DNA from: Polyangiales bacterium
GTDB taxonomy: Bacteria; Myxococcota_A; Polyangia; Polyangiales; JADJQN01
Assembly (NCBI GenBank): GCA_964202905.1
Contig: CAXNJO010000001.1
Coordinates: forward strand, 928,001 to 992,000
DNA: 64,000 bases
Direction of reading: 5' to 3'
The stretch's first letter is position 1; each line of letters begins with the position of its first letter. This document shows positions 10,701-26,217 of the stretch, piece by piece. The notes beneath the pieces are model-generated. The model was not told the DNA's origin. It was given only the letters and a program-made list of their open reading frames with translations, and did not search any database. A program made the position numbers and the translations under genes.

Positions 10701-12159
10701 GCCCCAGCTGTCGAAGTCGTTGTCGGCGTACCAGATCGTGTCGGCCGTCTCCTCGTCGATGGCGCCGTCGCAGTCGTCGTCGACGCCGATCATCCCGCCG
10801 CAGCCGTCGTTCGCGCCGGGGCGGAGGTCGCGGTTCGCGTCGTTGCAGTCGCCCGCGCGGGGCATGCGCCCGGGCTGCGGCTCGCACGACATGATCGGCA
10901 GGATCAGGTCGCTGCCGAAGCCGTCGCCGTCGGCGTCGCGATACCAGAGCTGCTCGGTCGTCATCGTGTCCGGGACGCCGTTGCAGTCGTTGTCGAGCCC
11001 GTCGCAGAGCTCGGGCGCCATCGGGTAGATGCTTGCGTTCGTGTCGACGCAATCGGCGTTCGCGACGGGGCACGCCATGTCGGCGAAGCCGTCGCCGTCG
11101 TCGTCCTCGGTGTTGCTGGCGGCGATCGCGAAGTCGGCGACGGCCGTTGCAGTCGTCGTCGCGGCCGTTGCAGCGCTCGGCCGCCACGGGGCTCACCGCG
11201 ACGGCCGCGTCGTCGCAGTCGGTCGCGAGCAGCGAATGGCCGCTGACCGGCGCGCAGGAGACGGTGGTGCCCGAAGCGAGGCTGCCGAAGCCGTCGCCGT
11301 CCGTGTCGCGGTACCAGGTCACGGCGCGTGCGAGCTCGTCGATGCTGCCGTCGCAGTCGTTGTCGAGGTTGTCGCAGATCTCGACCTGCCCCGGGTTCAC
11401 GGTGCGGTCGGCGTCGTTGCAGTCCTCGCCCACGGTCGCGAAGCGGGGCGCCCCGGGGCACGCCATTGTCGCGCGCGCGGCGTCGCCGTAGCGGTCGCCG
11501 TCGGCGTCCGTGAAGCCCGCGACGAGCAGGCCCTCGTCGGTGCTGCCGTCGCAGTCGTTGTCGAGGCCGTCGCAGGCCTCGAGCGCGTCGGGCCGCACGG
11601 AGAACAGGGCGTCGTTGCAGTCGGTGCCGCACGTCGTGCCGTTGCAGCACGCCGCGTCGAAGGCGTCGTCGCCGTCGCCGTCGCGCTCGCCGAAGGTCGC
11701 GGGGTTGCAGTCCTCGTCGACGCCGTCGACGTCGCAGACCTCGGTGGCGCCGGGGAAGCGCGCCGCGTTCGCGTCGTCGCAGTCGTCGCCGCCGCACGCG
11801 ACGGCCGCGGCGCCGTCGCCGTCGGCGTCGCGCGCGACCGCGCACTCCGTGATGCAGGTGTCGGCCGCTTCGTCGCAGGTCTGCGTGGGCATGCAGGCCT
11901 GCGCGCGCGCCGCGACGCAGCCGCGCGCGTCGGCGCCCGTTGTGCCCGGGTCGCAGCGCTCGGCGCCGTTGCAGAAGACGCCGTCGTCGCACTGTGTTGC
12001 GGCACTGCAGACGTCGCCGAGATCGGGGCCCCCGAGATCGACGCCCGCGTCGGGCGCCGGCGGCGTGTCGTCGTCGTCGCCGCACGCGGTGAGCGCAAAC
12101 GTGGCGAGGAGCGCGAGGCACACGGAGAGCGAGCGGAGCGAACGAGGGAAGCGGGTCAC
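7748..12159 (-). CDS. large lipoprotein A: MopE-type metal-binding repeats + Ig-like + two NHL beta-propellers (frameshifted in this assembly)
   Basis: GTG 12159 after GGAG; lipobox LTAC-GDDDD; 7 DC.D....PG..E.CDG.DNDCDG repeats; NHL repeats (GDGGPATAA, GLAFDPAGNLYF). Joined across ORFs 10501-12291, 10563-11078, 9880-10467 and 7748-10066; indels near 11142, 10593, ~10490 and ~10060-10130. Confidence 0.8.
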
Positions 12160-12257
12160 GTGAAACTCCGATTTCCGGCGGGAATGCGACAACCGCGCGA
12201 CCCCCGCGTCGCGAATGAGGCCGCGAGTGTCCGCAGGCGCCTCTCTCAAGTCAACGC
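10513..12257 (-). repeat. near-identical duplicated segment, copy 1 (promoter + N-terminal half of lipoprotein A)
   Basis: Matches 15138-17083 almost base for base, except around the extra repeat unit in copy 2. Confidence 0.92.
12226..12254 (-). promoter_or_regulatory. putative sigma70 promoter of lipoprotein A
   Basis: Minus strand TTGACT-17 bp-GACACT. Both hexamers and the spacing are conserved at 17052-17080. Confidence 0.6.
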
Positions 12258-12406
12258 TCGGGGCGAGCGGCGCAGGGTCGAATGGTTGCAACAGGATGGC
12301 ATCGGCATTCCTGCCGCCCCGCAGACGCGCCTTGAATGACTGCGACTTACGCAGCGCGCGTCATTCGACGACACGCCGCGCGAGAATGGGATTCACGCGC
12401 GGTAAG

Positions 12407-17083
<4,677 letters not shown>

Positions 17084-17150
17084 CCGGTTTTTGGGATCAA
17101 ATGTCAGTTGCATCTTCTTTGCGATATGGTCCTAGCGCGTGTTCACCGCG

Positions 17151-18634
17151 TCAGGGCGGCAGCAGGCGAAGCCGCGCCGCGTCGGGCGTGATCTCGACGC
17201 GCGCGGCGATGCGCGACGCGCCTCCGCTCGCGTCTTCGATTCCGTCGACGAAGTGCAGCGTCGCGGTGGCGCGCGCGTCGTCGAGCGTGAGCGTCCAGAA
17301 GCCGCGGGACTCGGCGTCGACGAAGCGCGTGTGTGGGCTCGCCGTGCGGATCGCCGCTTCGAGCGCGCGGGCCTCGGCGCCGACGAGGTTGGGCGAGCTG
17401 ATCGCGGGCGTCATCAGCTCGACGACGATCGCGCCTTCGGACGTCGTCGGATCGTATCCGCGCCACGGATCGAGCGGCACCTCGTCGGCGAAGCTCTTGT
17501 GCCCGTCGCCGCAGACGACGATCACGCCGGTCACGCCCGCGTCGCGGATCGCCTCGAGCACGACGCGGCGTTCATCCGCGTAGCCGTCCCACGCGTCGAG
17601 GTTCCAGAACTCCGCGTGCGGCGAGAGCTGCACCGAGTGCGCGACGACCTTCCACGTCGCGCGCGAGTCGCGCAGGTCCGCGAGGAAGCGCTCGCGTTGC
17701 GCAGCGCCGAGGATCGAGCGTCCCGGCGCACGCGCTTCTTCGGGCGTCTCGGGCGGCGCATCGCGGCCTTCGAGGCGCGTGTCGAGCACGAAGAGATCGG
17801 CCGTCGTGCCGAAGGCGATGCGCCGATACAGCGAGCCCTCGCTGCGCGTCGGCAGCCACTCGGCGTGCGCGATGCGCGCGGCCACGCACGCGCTCCGCTC
17901 CACGGACCCTCGGTGCGCGGGTCGTGCTCGATCGCGCCGCCACGCCACGCGTTGTTGGCGAGTTCGTGATCGTCCCACGTGACGACGAAGGGATGGCGCG
18001 CGTGCAGCGCGGCGAGGTCCGCGTCGGCGCGGTAATGCGCGTAGCGGCGGCGGTAGTCCGTGAGCGTGAGCACCTCGTGCGGCGGGTCGTAGTCGCGGCG
18101 CGCGCCGTATACGCCATTGGCGTACTCGTAGACGTAGTCGCCGAGGTGCACGACGGCGTCGACGTCCTCCTCCGCGAGGCGCGCGTAGGCGTGGAAGAAA
18201 CCGTGCGCGTAGCTCGCACACGACGCGAACGCGAGGCGCACCGGGCCCGACGCGGGCGTCGTGCGCGTGCGCCCCGTGCGCGAGCGCTCCCCGCGCGCCT
18301 CGAACGCGTAGAAGACCGTGGTGCCCGGCGCGAGCCCTACGAGCTCGAGCGTCACGACGTGCCCTTCGGCTGCGCGCGCGGTGAGGGGCGCTTCAACGAT
18401 GACGTCGCTCAGCCCGGCATCCCGCGCCGCGATCAGCGTGACCGGCACATCGCCTTCGACGCCGGAGAGATGCGTCGAGAGCAGCACGCGATCGGGCCCG
18501 GGATCGAAGCTCGCGACGCCATGGCGGAAGAGCGGACCCTCCGGCGCATCGCCCGCGTCCGCCTCGCAGCCGACGAGCAGCGCACCGCTGCCGACGAGCC
18601 CCGCCTGCAACACCGCGCGTCGCCCGATCCGCAT
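17151..18634 (-). CDS. phoD: alkaline phosphatase D, Tat-exported (frameshift ~17880-17905)
   Basis: Tat signal RRAVLQ; FRHGVASFDP, LAFASC, VHLGDYVYEY and TWDDHE; then in a second frame LDTR, DAWDGY and CGDGH. Confidence 0.9.
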
Positions 18635-18708
18635 CGTCCCGACGATAGCAGCGCGTGCAGCGAGGAATTCGGGCGATGGGGCAGTCTTGCGGATATCCTC
18701 GACCCCGG

Positions 18709-19422
18709 ATGCGCTTTGCGTTCATCGCCTTGTGCCTGCTGCTCTGGCCCGCGCTCGCGCGCGCCCACGGCATCGAGGCGGGCCGCGCCGAGGGGCAGCT
18801 GCGCGGCGCGACGCTCTTCCTCGTGCTCGCGGCCGACGCGTCGCAGTTCGCGGAATTCGACGCGAGCGGCGACGGCGTGCTCGATCGCGACGAGGTGCAG
18901 CGGGCGCGAGATGGCCTGCGCGCGCGTTTCGAGGCGTCGCTGCGCGTGCGCGATGCGCAGGGACGCGCGCCGACGCTCGGTTTCTTCGACGTCGGTGTGC
19001 CGACGCGCCTCGTCTCGGGCGCGATCCCGCACGTGCGTTTCACCGTCGATCTCACGTGGTCGAGCCCGCCTGCGTCGATCGCCGTGACGCATGCGTTCAC
19101 CGACCCGCTGCTCTGGCTCGAAGTCGTGCGCGTCGCGTCCGCGGGGCCGGGCCAGTGGAACGCGCTCGGGCCCGCCGAGTCGGTGCGCCTCGCGCGCGGC
19201 GCGACGGCGCCGCCGCTGCTCGCCGCGTCGGCGCCCGCGCACGTGGCCGATCGCGCGGCGACGGAACGGCCTGCGGCGCCCGCGACGGCGGCGGCAGCCG
19301 TGGCATCCGCATCGCGTGCGTGGGGTGCACCCGTGGGCGCGTTCGTGCTCGTCGCTGCAGCCCTGTCGATCTTCGCGTGGGCCTTCGCCCGACGCCGTCA
19401 ACCCCGAGGAGTGTCCCGATGA
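18709..19422 (+). CDS. secreted protein with EF-hand-like loop and C-terminal membrane anchor
   Basis: Signal peptide ARA|HG; EF-hand-like DASGDGVLDRDE; C-terminal TM helix followed by RRR; ATGA overlap with the next gene. Confidence 0.6.
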   Translation: MRFAFIALCLLLWPALARAHGIEAGRAEGQLRGATLFLVLAADASQFAEFDASGDGVLDRDEVQRARDGLRARFEASLRVRDAQGRAPTLGFFDVGVPTRLVSGAIPHVRFTVDLTWSSPPASIAVTHAFTDPLLWLEVVRVASAGPGQWNALGPAESVRLARGATAPPLLAASAPAHVADRAATERPAAPATAAAAVASASRAWGAPVGAFVLVAAALSIFAWAFARRRQPRGVSR

Positions 19423-20615
19423 ACCGTCGTTCACCATGCTTGCTTCTGCTCTCTCTCTGCCTCGCGCTCGCGGCGCCGGGCTGCGGCGACGACGACGACG
19501 CGCCGACGCCTCCCGTCGATGCCGGCGGCGCCGATCTCGCGAGCGACGACGCCGGCGGCGACGCCGACGCGGGCGGCGATTCCGACGCGGGTGGCGCGAC
19601 GTGCGCGTCGCCCGGCACGCCGACCACGCCCACGCCGCCGACGGTCGCGAGCGCGACCTCCGACTTCAACGTCACGTTGCGCGACTGCACGCGCACGAGC
19701 GTCGCGCTCGCGTGCGAGGTCGGTGTCGAGCACGCCTATTCGGAGACGATCTCCGGCGGTTTCCGCGTGATCACGGCGAACGGCATCGTGAACCACGACA
19801 TCGGCACCTTCCCGAATCCCGACAACCCCAACACGATCACCGCGCAGACCTACAGCTACCGCGTGCCGCTTGTGCCCTCGGGTACGGGGCGCGAGTCGAC
19901 CCACTTCGGCATCGCGTTCAGCGGCTCGATCTTCGATCCGGGCACCGCGGAGATCTGGAACGCCAACACCACGTGGCGCTACGAGGCGCTGCGCTACGGC
20001 ACCGCGCCCGACTACTTCGCGTCGGACACGACCATGCACCCGTCCGGGCTCGGCGTGGACTGCAACTTCGCGCACGTACAGCCGACGGGCGCGTACCACT
20101 ACCACGGCGTGCCGACGGCCATGGTGCCCGCGGCGTCCGCGCTCACGCAGATCGGCTGGGCCGCCGACGGCGCCCCGGTTTTCGCGCGCTACGGGCACTC
20201 CGTCGCGACCGATGCGAGCAGCCCGCTCGTCGAGCTCCGCGCGAGCTATCGGCTCAAGTCGGGCGCGCGGCCCGCGGGCGCGCCGGCGGGCAACTACGAC
20301 GGCACCTTCGGCAGCGACTGGGAGTACGTCGCGGGCCTCGGTGATCTCGACGCGTGCAACGGCCGGGTCGGCGTCGTGCCCGTCGATGGCGCGATGGTCA
20401 GCACCTATCACTACGTGCTCACCCACACGTATCCGTACATCCCGCGCTGCTGGACGTTCGCGCCCGACGCGAGCTTCGACGTGATGATGGGCGGCGGGAT
20501 GATGATGGGCGGCGGGCCCGCCGCGTGTACGCCGATGATGACGACGCGTTGCTGCGGTGACGGCGTGTGCGGTGGTCCCGAGACCGCGACCAACTGCGCA
20601 GCCGACTGCCCCTGA
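19419..20615 (+). CDS. YHYH-domain lipoprotein
   Basis: Lipobox APGC-GDDDD; FPNPDNPN, AHVQPTGAYHYHG, IGWAADG, GDLDACNGR and YHYVLT..YPYIPRC. Confidence 0.88.
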   Translation: MNRRSPCLLLLSLCLALAAPGCGDDDDAPTPPVDAGGADLASDDAGGDADAGGDSDAGGATCASPGTPTTPTPPTVASATSDFNVTLRDCTRTSVALACEVGVEHAYSETISGGFRVITANGIVNHDIGTFPNPDNPNTITAQTYSYRVPLVPSGTGRESTHFGIAFSGSIFDPGTAEIWNANTTWRYEALRYGTAPDYFASDTTMHPSGLGVDCNFAHVQPTGAYHYHGVPTAMVPAASALTQIGWAADGAPVFARYGHSVATDASSPLVELRASYRLKSGARPAGAPAGNYDGTFGSDWEYVAGLGDLDACNGRVGVVPVDGAMVSTYHYVLTHTYPYIPRCWTFAPDASFDVMMGGGMMMGGGPAACTPMMTTRCCGDGVCGGPETATNCAADCP

Positions 20616-20678
20616 TCGCGGCGCCCCCGGCTCGATGCGTCGCGCGCGTGCGCGGCGCGTCGGCCGTGTGCGCTGACG

Positions 20679-22664
20679 TCAGCCCTCGCCCGCCTCGCGC
20701 TTGAGCTCGAGCTCTTCCCACCGCGCGAGCAGGCGCGTGCCCTCCGCGCGCGCTTCGTCGAGCGCCCGCACGAGCGCGGCGACGTCGGATCCGTCGGTGT
20801 AGGTCACGGGGGCCGCGAGCCGCGCGTCGAGCGCCCCCGTGTGCGCGTCGTGCGCCTCGATCTTCGCCGGCAGCGCGTCGAGCTCGAGACGCTCGCCGTA
20901 GGTGAGGGCGCGCTTGCCGCGCTTCTCCGCGGGCGCCTGTGCGCGCGCGTCGGGGGGCTGCGTCACGCGCTCGTTCTGCGTCTGGCGCGCACTATCGGCC
21001 GTCGCGCGATCGGCGAGCTCCGCTGCACGGCGGGCTTCGGCCTCGGCCTTGAGCGCGAGGTAGGTGCCGTATCCGCCCGGGTACTGCACGAGCCGCGGCC
21101 GCCCCGATGCGTCGGGCTCGAAGGCGAGGATCCCCGTCGCGACGCGGTCGAGGAACCAGCGATCGTGCGTGACCACGAGCGCCGTCGCCTCCGTCTCGAC
21201 GAGCAGCTCCTCGAGGGAGGAGAGCGTGGCGAGGTCGAGATCGTTCGTCGGCTCGTCGAGCACGAGCAGGTTCGCCGGGCGCAGCAGCAGCTTCGCGAGC
21301 GCGACGCGCGCGCGCTCGCCGCCCGAGAGCGCGCCGACGGGCTGCCGCTGCTTCGACGGCTCGAAGAGGAAGCGCTCCATGTAGGCGCTGCCGTGCATCG
21401 TCTGGCCGTTGACCGTCACGCGCGGCGCGCCGCCGGTGATGTTGTCGGCGATGGAGCGCGCGTCGTCGAGCCCGCTGCGCCCCTGGTCGAAGTACGCGAA
21501 ATCGGTGTTCTTTCCGATGGTGACGGTGCCGCTCGCGGCGGGCAGGTCGCCGAGCAGCGTGCGCAGCAGCGTCGTCTTGCCGGCGCCGTTCGGCCCCACG
21601 ATGCCGAGGCGCTCGCCCTTGACGAGCTGCACCGTCGCGCCCTCGGCGAGCACGCGGCCCGCGTCGCCGGGGGCGCGCAGCGTGACGTCTTCGAGCGCGA
21701 GGATCGTCTTGCCCGTGCGCCGCGTCTCGAGCTCGAGCGCCACGCGCTTGTCCTCGGCGGGCCGCTGCGTGGCGATCGCCGTGTTGGCGCGCGAGATGCG
21801 CGCCTTCTGCTTGCCGGTGCGCGCCGAGGGCGTGCGGCGCAGCCACTCGAGCTCGCGGCGTAGCAGGTTCTGCCGGTTCTTCTCGGTGCGTTCAGCCTGC
21901 GCGGCGCGCTCGGCCTTCGCGGCGAGGTAGGACTCGTAGCCGCCGTCGTACGAATACACGCGCCCCGCGTCGACCTCGAGCGTCCGCGTGCAGACGCGGT
22001 CGAGCACGTAGCGGTCGTGCGTGATCATCAAGAGCGCGCCCGTGTACGACTCGATCAGGTAGGTCTCGAGCCACTCGACGGTGTCGACGTCGAGGTGGTT
22101 CGTCGGCTCGTCGAGCACCGCGAGCGCGGGCTGCGCCACGAGGATGCGTGCGAGCGCGACGCGCCGCCGCTCGCCGCCCGAGAGCGCGCCGAACACGGCG
22201 TCCGCGCGGTCCGCGAGCCCCAGGTGCCCGAGCAGCGACTCGACGCGGTGCTCCGGATCCCAGCCACCGAGCCGCTCGATCTCCGCGCTCGCCCCGGCCT
22301 GCCGCGCGAGCAGCGCCGCCGGATCGCCCTCGCCGCGCGAGAGCCCCGCGCTCGCCGCGTCGTGCCGCGCCTTCGCGGCCGTCCACGCCGCGAGCCCGCC
22401 GCGCACGACGTCGCGCGCGCGCTCATCGCTCGGAAAAACGGGCTCCTGCGGCAGGTATGCGATCGGCGCGTCGCGGCGCCGCGCGACCGTGCCGCCGTCC
22501 GCGATCTCGAGGCCGACGAGGATCTTCGCGAGCGTGCTCTTGCCCGAGCCGTTCACGCCGACGAGCCCGACGCGCTCGTCCTCTTCGACGGCGAGCGAGG
22601 CTCCGGCGAGGATCGTCTGCGGCCCGAAGGCTTTCGTCAGATCGTTGGCGACGAGCAGGGCCAC
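20679..22664 (-). CDS. uup: ABC-F family ATPase (Uup-like)
   Basis: Two ABC domains ([23 protein letters not shown] and [23 protein letters not shown]), no TM segments, Uup-type C-terminal coiled coil (RWEELE). Confidence 0.88.
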   Translation of the reverse strand: MALLVANDLTKAFGPQTILAGASLAVEEDERVGLVGVNGSGKSTLAKILVGLEIADGGTVARRRDAPIAYLPQEPVFPSDERARDVVRGGLAAWTAAKARHDAASAGLSRGEGDPAALLARQAGASAEIERLGGWDPEHRVESLLGHLGLADRADAVFGALSGGERRRVALARILVAQPALAVLDEPTNHLDVDTVEWLETYLIESYTGALLMITHDRYVLDRVCTRTLEVDAGRVYSYDGGYESYLAAKAERAAQAERTEKNRQNLLRRELEWLRRTPSARTGKQKARISRANTAIATQRPAEDKRVALELETRRTGKTILALEDVTLRAPGDAGRVLAEGATVQLVKGERLGIVGPNGAGKTTLLRTLLGDLPAASGTVTIGKNTDFAYFDQGRSGLDDARSIADNITGGAPRVTVNGQTMHGSAYMERFLFEPSKQRQPVGALSGGERARVALAKLLLRPANLLVLDEPTNDLDLATLSSLEELLVETEATALVVTHDRWFLDRVATGILAFEPDASGRPRLVQYPGGYGTYLALKAEAEARRAAELADRATADSARQTQNERVTQPPDARAQAPAEKRGKRALTYGERLELDALPAKIEAHDAHTGALDARLAAPVTYTDGSDVAALVRALDEARAEGTRLLARWEELELKREAGEG

Positions 22665-22710
22665 GGCGCGGAGGCGTATCACACGGCGCGCGCTATGCTC
22701 GGCGGCCCCG

Positions 22711-22938
22711 ATGATTCACCCCTACGACAACGCGTCCCAGACACGCTGGGACCGCGGCGACTTCAGGGTCCAGCTCAACCTCCCCGAGAGCTCGCGACCG
22801 ATGGGCTTCTGCGACGGCACGCCCGAGGACCTGGCCGAGCTGCGCGCGATCGCCGAGGCCGAGAGCACGCAGGTCGAGATCGACGTGAAGGTGCTCAAGT
22901 CCGGGCGGGAGATCTGGACGCTGCGCGGCACGGGCTGA
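22711..22938 (+). CDS. small hypothetical protein (75 aa)
   Basis: Protein-like composition and strong GC3 codon bias (MIHPYDNASQTRWDRG...SGREIWTLRG). Confidence 0.7.
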   Translation: MIHPYDNASQTRWDRGDFRVQLNLPESSRPMGFCDGTPEDLAELRAIAEAESTQVEIDVKVLKSGREIWTLRGTG

Positions 22939-22992
22939 GGCTGATCGCTCGGGGGGCTGCGGGGGGCCGATCTGATAGGCTCCCGCTCCGCC

Positions 22993-23707
22993 ATGAACGC
23001 TGATTCTCCTCGCATTTCCCTCGTCACAGGCGGAACCGGCGCGCTCGGCGCTGCCGTGTGCGACGCGCTCCTCGCCGCGGGCGGCCGCGTGCACGTCACC
23101 GTACGTCAGCGACCGCGAGCGCGATGCCTTTTCGGCACGTTTCGCCGCGCATGCGGGGCGATTCGTGCTGCACCGCGTGGACGTCACCGCGGAAGCCGAG
23201 GTCGTCGCGTTCTTCGACGCCGTGCTCGCCGCCGAGGGCCGCGTGGACGCGCTCGCCTGCATCGCGGGCGGGTTCGCGATGGGCCCGATCGAGGAGACGT
23301 CGCTCGCCACCTTCGACGCGCAGCTCGCGCTCAACCTGCGCAGCTTCTTCCTCGCGGCGCGCGAGGCCGTGCGTCGCATGAAGCCGCACGCGCACGGGCG
23401 CATCCTCGCAGTCGGCACGCGCGCGGCGCTCGATCCGCCGGGCGGGCTCTCGGCCTACGCCGCGAGCAAGGCCGCCGTGCTCGCGCTCGTGCGCGGGCTC
23501 GCCGTCGAGCTGCGCGGCAGCGGTATCACCGTGAACGCCGTGCTCCCCGGCACGATGGACACGCCCGCGAACCGCGCGAGCATGCCCGACGCCGACTTCT
23601 CACGTTGGGCGAAGACGGCGGACGTCGCGCGCGTCGCCGCGTTCCTGCTCGCGGCCGAGAGCGGCGTGACGAGCGGCGCGCTCGTGCCCGTCTACGGGGA
23701 CTCGTGA
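22993..23707 (+). CDS. short-chain dehydrogenase/reductase (frameshift ~23100-23165)
   Basis: LVTGGTGALG Rossmann motif in the first frame; YAASK, VNAVLPG.MDT and TSGALVPV in the second frame. Confidence 0.85.
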
Positions 23708-24390
23708 GTTCGCGCGGCACGGCGCGCGTCAGCGAGACGGACGCGCGTCGCGAGGCCGCGCTGCGCCGCGCGATCTGCGACGTGACGCGGCACCTCTACG
23801 ATCGCGGTCATGGGGCGCCAGGAGATGGCAATGTCTCCGCGCGCCTCTCGGCGACGCACCTCCTCTGCACGCCGACGAGCTCGCACAAGGGGCGGCTCAC
23901 GCCCGCGCAGATCGTGAAGGTGCGCGCGAACGACGGCGTGCCCGTGTCCTCGCGTCAGCGCGCGTCGACCGAGATCCGCCTGCACACCGCGCTCTACGCC
24001 GCGCGCCCCGGGCTCGGCGCGATCGTGCACGCGCACTCGCCGTACACCGTCGCGCTCACGGTCGCCGGGCTCTCGCTCGACGCGCTGCTGATCCCCGAGG
24101 CGGTCGTCGCGCTCGCGGGCGGCTGCCCCACCGTACCGTACGCGAGCCCGACGACGGCGGACGTGCCCGCGGCCGTCCTCGCGCATGCGCCGCGCGCGCT
24201 CGGCTTCGTGCTCGAGCGTCACGGCCCCGTCGCGCTCGGCACGGACCTCGCGGATGCGCTCGCGCGGCTCGAGGTGATCGAGCACACCGCGAAGATCACG
24301 CTCCTCGCGCGCGCCGTGGGCACGCCCGTGCCGCTGCCGGACGCCGAGCTCGCGAAGCTGCGCGCGCTCGTGCCGCCGTCGGCGTTCTGA
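23704..24390 (+). CDS. class II aldolase/adducin family protein
   Basis: DGNVSAR, STEIRLH, IVHAHSPY and LERHG metal-binding motifs; GTGA overlap with the SDR gene. Confidence 0.88.
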   Translation: MSSRGTARVSETDARREAALRRAICDVTRHLYDRGHGAPGDGNVSARLSATHLLCTPTSSHKGRLTPAQIVKVRANDGVPVSSRQRASTEIRLHTALYAARPGLGAIVHAHSPYTVALTVAGLSLDALLIPEAVVALAGGCPTVPYASPTTADVPAAVLAHAPRALGFVLERHGPVALGTDLADALARLEVIEHTAKITLLARAVGTPVPLPDAELAKLRALVPPSAF

Positions 24391-24407
24391 GTTCGCAGCG
24401 CGGGCCC

Positions 24408-26045
24408 TCAGCGGCGCCGACGTCGCACGGCGAGCGCGAGCACGCCGAGAAGCAGCGCCGCGTGAGGCGCGGGTGCGTCGTCGCCACCGACGCGGCAGCC
24501 GCAGCCGCCCGAGGCGTCCGGCGCGGGGACGCTCCTGCCGGCGTCGCGGCGCGTTGTGCCCGCGTCTTCGTTCGCGCCGCCCGCGTCGACGTCACCCGCG
24601 TCGGAGCCTGCATCGACGCCCCCCGCGTCCGGCGCGCCCGCGTCCGCGCTCCCCGCATCGACGTCGCCCGGTCCTGCGTCCGTGCCCGCGTCGGGGAGCG
24701 GCTCGCACGCATCGCCCGTGCGATCGCCATCCGCATCGGCCTGATCCGCGTTGGCGGCAGCGGGGCAGTTGTCGCAGGCGTCGCCGACGCCGTCTCCATC
24801 TTCATCACGCTGCATGGCATCCGCGACGATGCGGCATACATCCATCCCGTCCGTCACGCCGTCGTCGTCGGAGTCCCGATCGCGGAAGGAGAAGATCCCG
24901 TCGAGGTCCGGGTCGGTGCGGCCCTCGGTCGCGTCCGGCACGCCGTCGCCGTCGCTGTCGGTGTCGCGCAGATCGGGGACGGTGTCGGCGTCCGTGTCCA
25001 CCGGCTCCGCGAGCAGCGCGGTCGCGCCTTCGAGCCCGTCCTCGATTCCGTCGCCGTCCGAGTCGCGGTCGCGGTAGTCCGGCGTGCCGTCCGCGTCCGT
25101 GTCGATGGGCGGGGTCGCGGGGTCGGCGTCGCCCGCCTCGAACACGTCGAGCGTGCCGTCGCCGTCGGTGTCGCCGTCGAATTCGTCGGTGCGCCCGTCG
25201 CCGTCGAGATCGCCGCTGCCCTCGACGCTGCTCGGGATCGGGTCGTGCGCGGTCTCCGCGACCCACGCGAAGACGTTGCGCAGCAGGACGTCGTTGTTGC
25301 CGCCGCGCGTGAGGCCGCGCGAGCCGCAGCCGGGCACCACGAGGGAGGCGAACTGCTCTTCGTCACCGAAACTCACGGCGCGTCCCGCGCTCGGGTGGCG
25401 CGGTGCGAGATCGATGGCGACGGCGTTGGGGCCGCCGTCGTTGTTCGAGAGCACCACCGCGAGCGGATCGAGCCGCGTGAACACGCAGTTGAAGCCGGTG
25501 AAATACGGCGACGCCACGACGCCGAAGGGCCCCGTGAGCGCGGGCACGCCCGCGGCCGTCGCGAACGTCGCCGAGTTGTCGTTGACGCAGCTCTCGGCCG
25601 ACGCCGCGAAGAACGTCGCGGCTGCGTTCTGGAAGGAGACGAAGCCGACCCCGCCGCGCGCGTAGACGCCGAACACCGAAAGGTCGGCGTCCTGGGGCCG
25701 CGGGCTGAACGGGTTGAGCACCAGCAGATCCGCGCCGTCGAGCGCGTCGGGATTGAACGAGTCGTACGGCGGCCCGAACTCGAAGGTGATCGGCACCGTC
25801 CCGGTCGCGGAGAAGTTCGCCGGATCCCGTAGCGACGCGCGCGCCTCGCGATACCAGCCATCTGCGCCCGCCTCGCTGTCGACAGAGAAGCTGAAGGTCT
25901 GCCCTCCGAGCGCCGTGGGGCACGCGAGGCTGAAGCCCACCGAGGGGGCGCGAATCACCACCCGGCGCTGGGCCTGCGCGGCATCGGCGACTCCGAGCAG
26001 GGAACCGAGAAGCGCGGTCGCGAGCGATGCGGTGCGGATGGACAT
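24408..26045 (-). CDS. secreted thrombospondin type-3 repeat protein with MYXO-CTERM anchor
   Basis: Signal peptide; D.DSDGDG.PD repeats and DGDGVGDACDNCP; C-terminal GGCGCRV + TM helix + RRRR. Confidence 0.85.
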   Translation of the reverse strand: MSIRTASLATALLGSLLGVADAAQAQRRVVIRAPSVGFSLACPTALGGQTFSFSVDSEAGADGWYREARASLRDPANFSATGTVPITFEFGPPYDSFNPDALDGADLLVLNPFSPRPQDADLSVFGVYARGGVGFVSFQNAAATFFAASAESCVNDNSATFATAAGVPALTGPFGVVASPYFTGFNCVFTRLDPLAVVLSNNDGGPNAVAIDLAPRHPSAGRAVSFGDEEQFASLVVPGCGSRGLTRGGNNDVLLRNVFAWVAETAHDPIPSSVEGSGDLDGDGRTDEFDGDTDGDGTLDVFEAGDADPATPPIDTDADGTPDYRDRDSDGDGIEDGLEGATALLAEPVDTDADTVPDLRDTDSDGDGVPDATEGRTDPDLDGIFSFRDRDSDDDGVTDGMDVCRIVADAMQRDEDGDGVGDACDNCPAAANADQADADGDRTGDACEPLPDAGTDAGPGDVDAGSADAGAPDAGGVDAGSDAGDVDAGGANEDAGTTRRDAGRSVPAPDASGGCGCRVGGDDAPAPHAALLLGVLALAVRRRRR

Positions 26046-26217
26046 CGGGGCATCCTAATCCGGATTGGGGGGTGTCCCGGTGAGTGCGCCGGCGGAGTGT
26101 CGCGGCGCTGTGAGCGTGCCGCCTGCGTGCCGACCCCGCCCGCGTTCGGCCCGCGCGTCTTGATTCGCGGGCTCGTCGTGGTCGGTCATCGCTGCCTGCC
26201 GCGCGGGCCGTGAGCGA

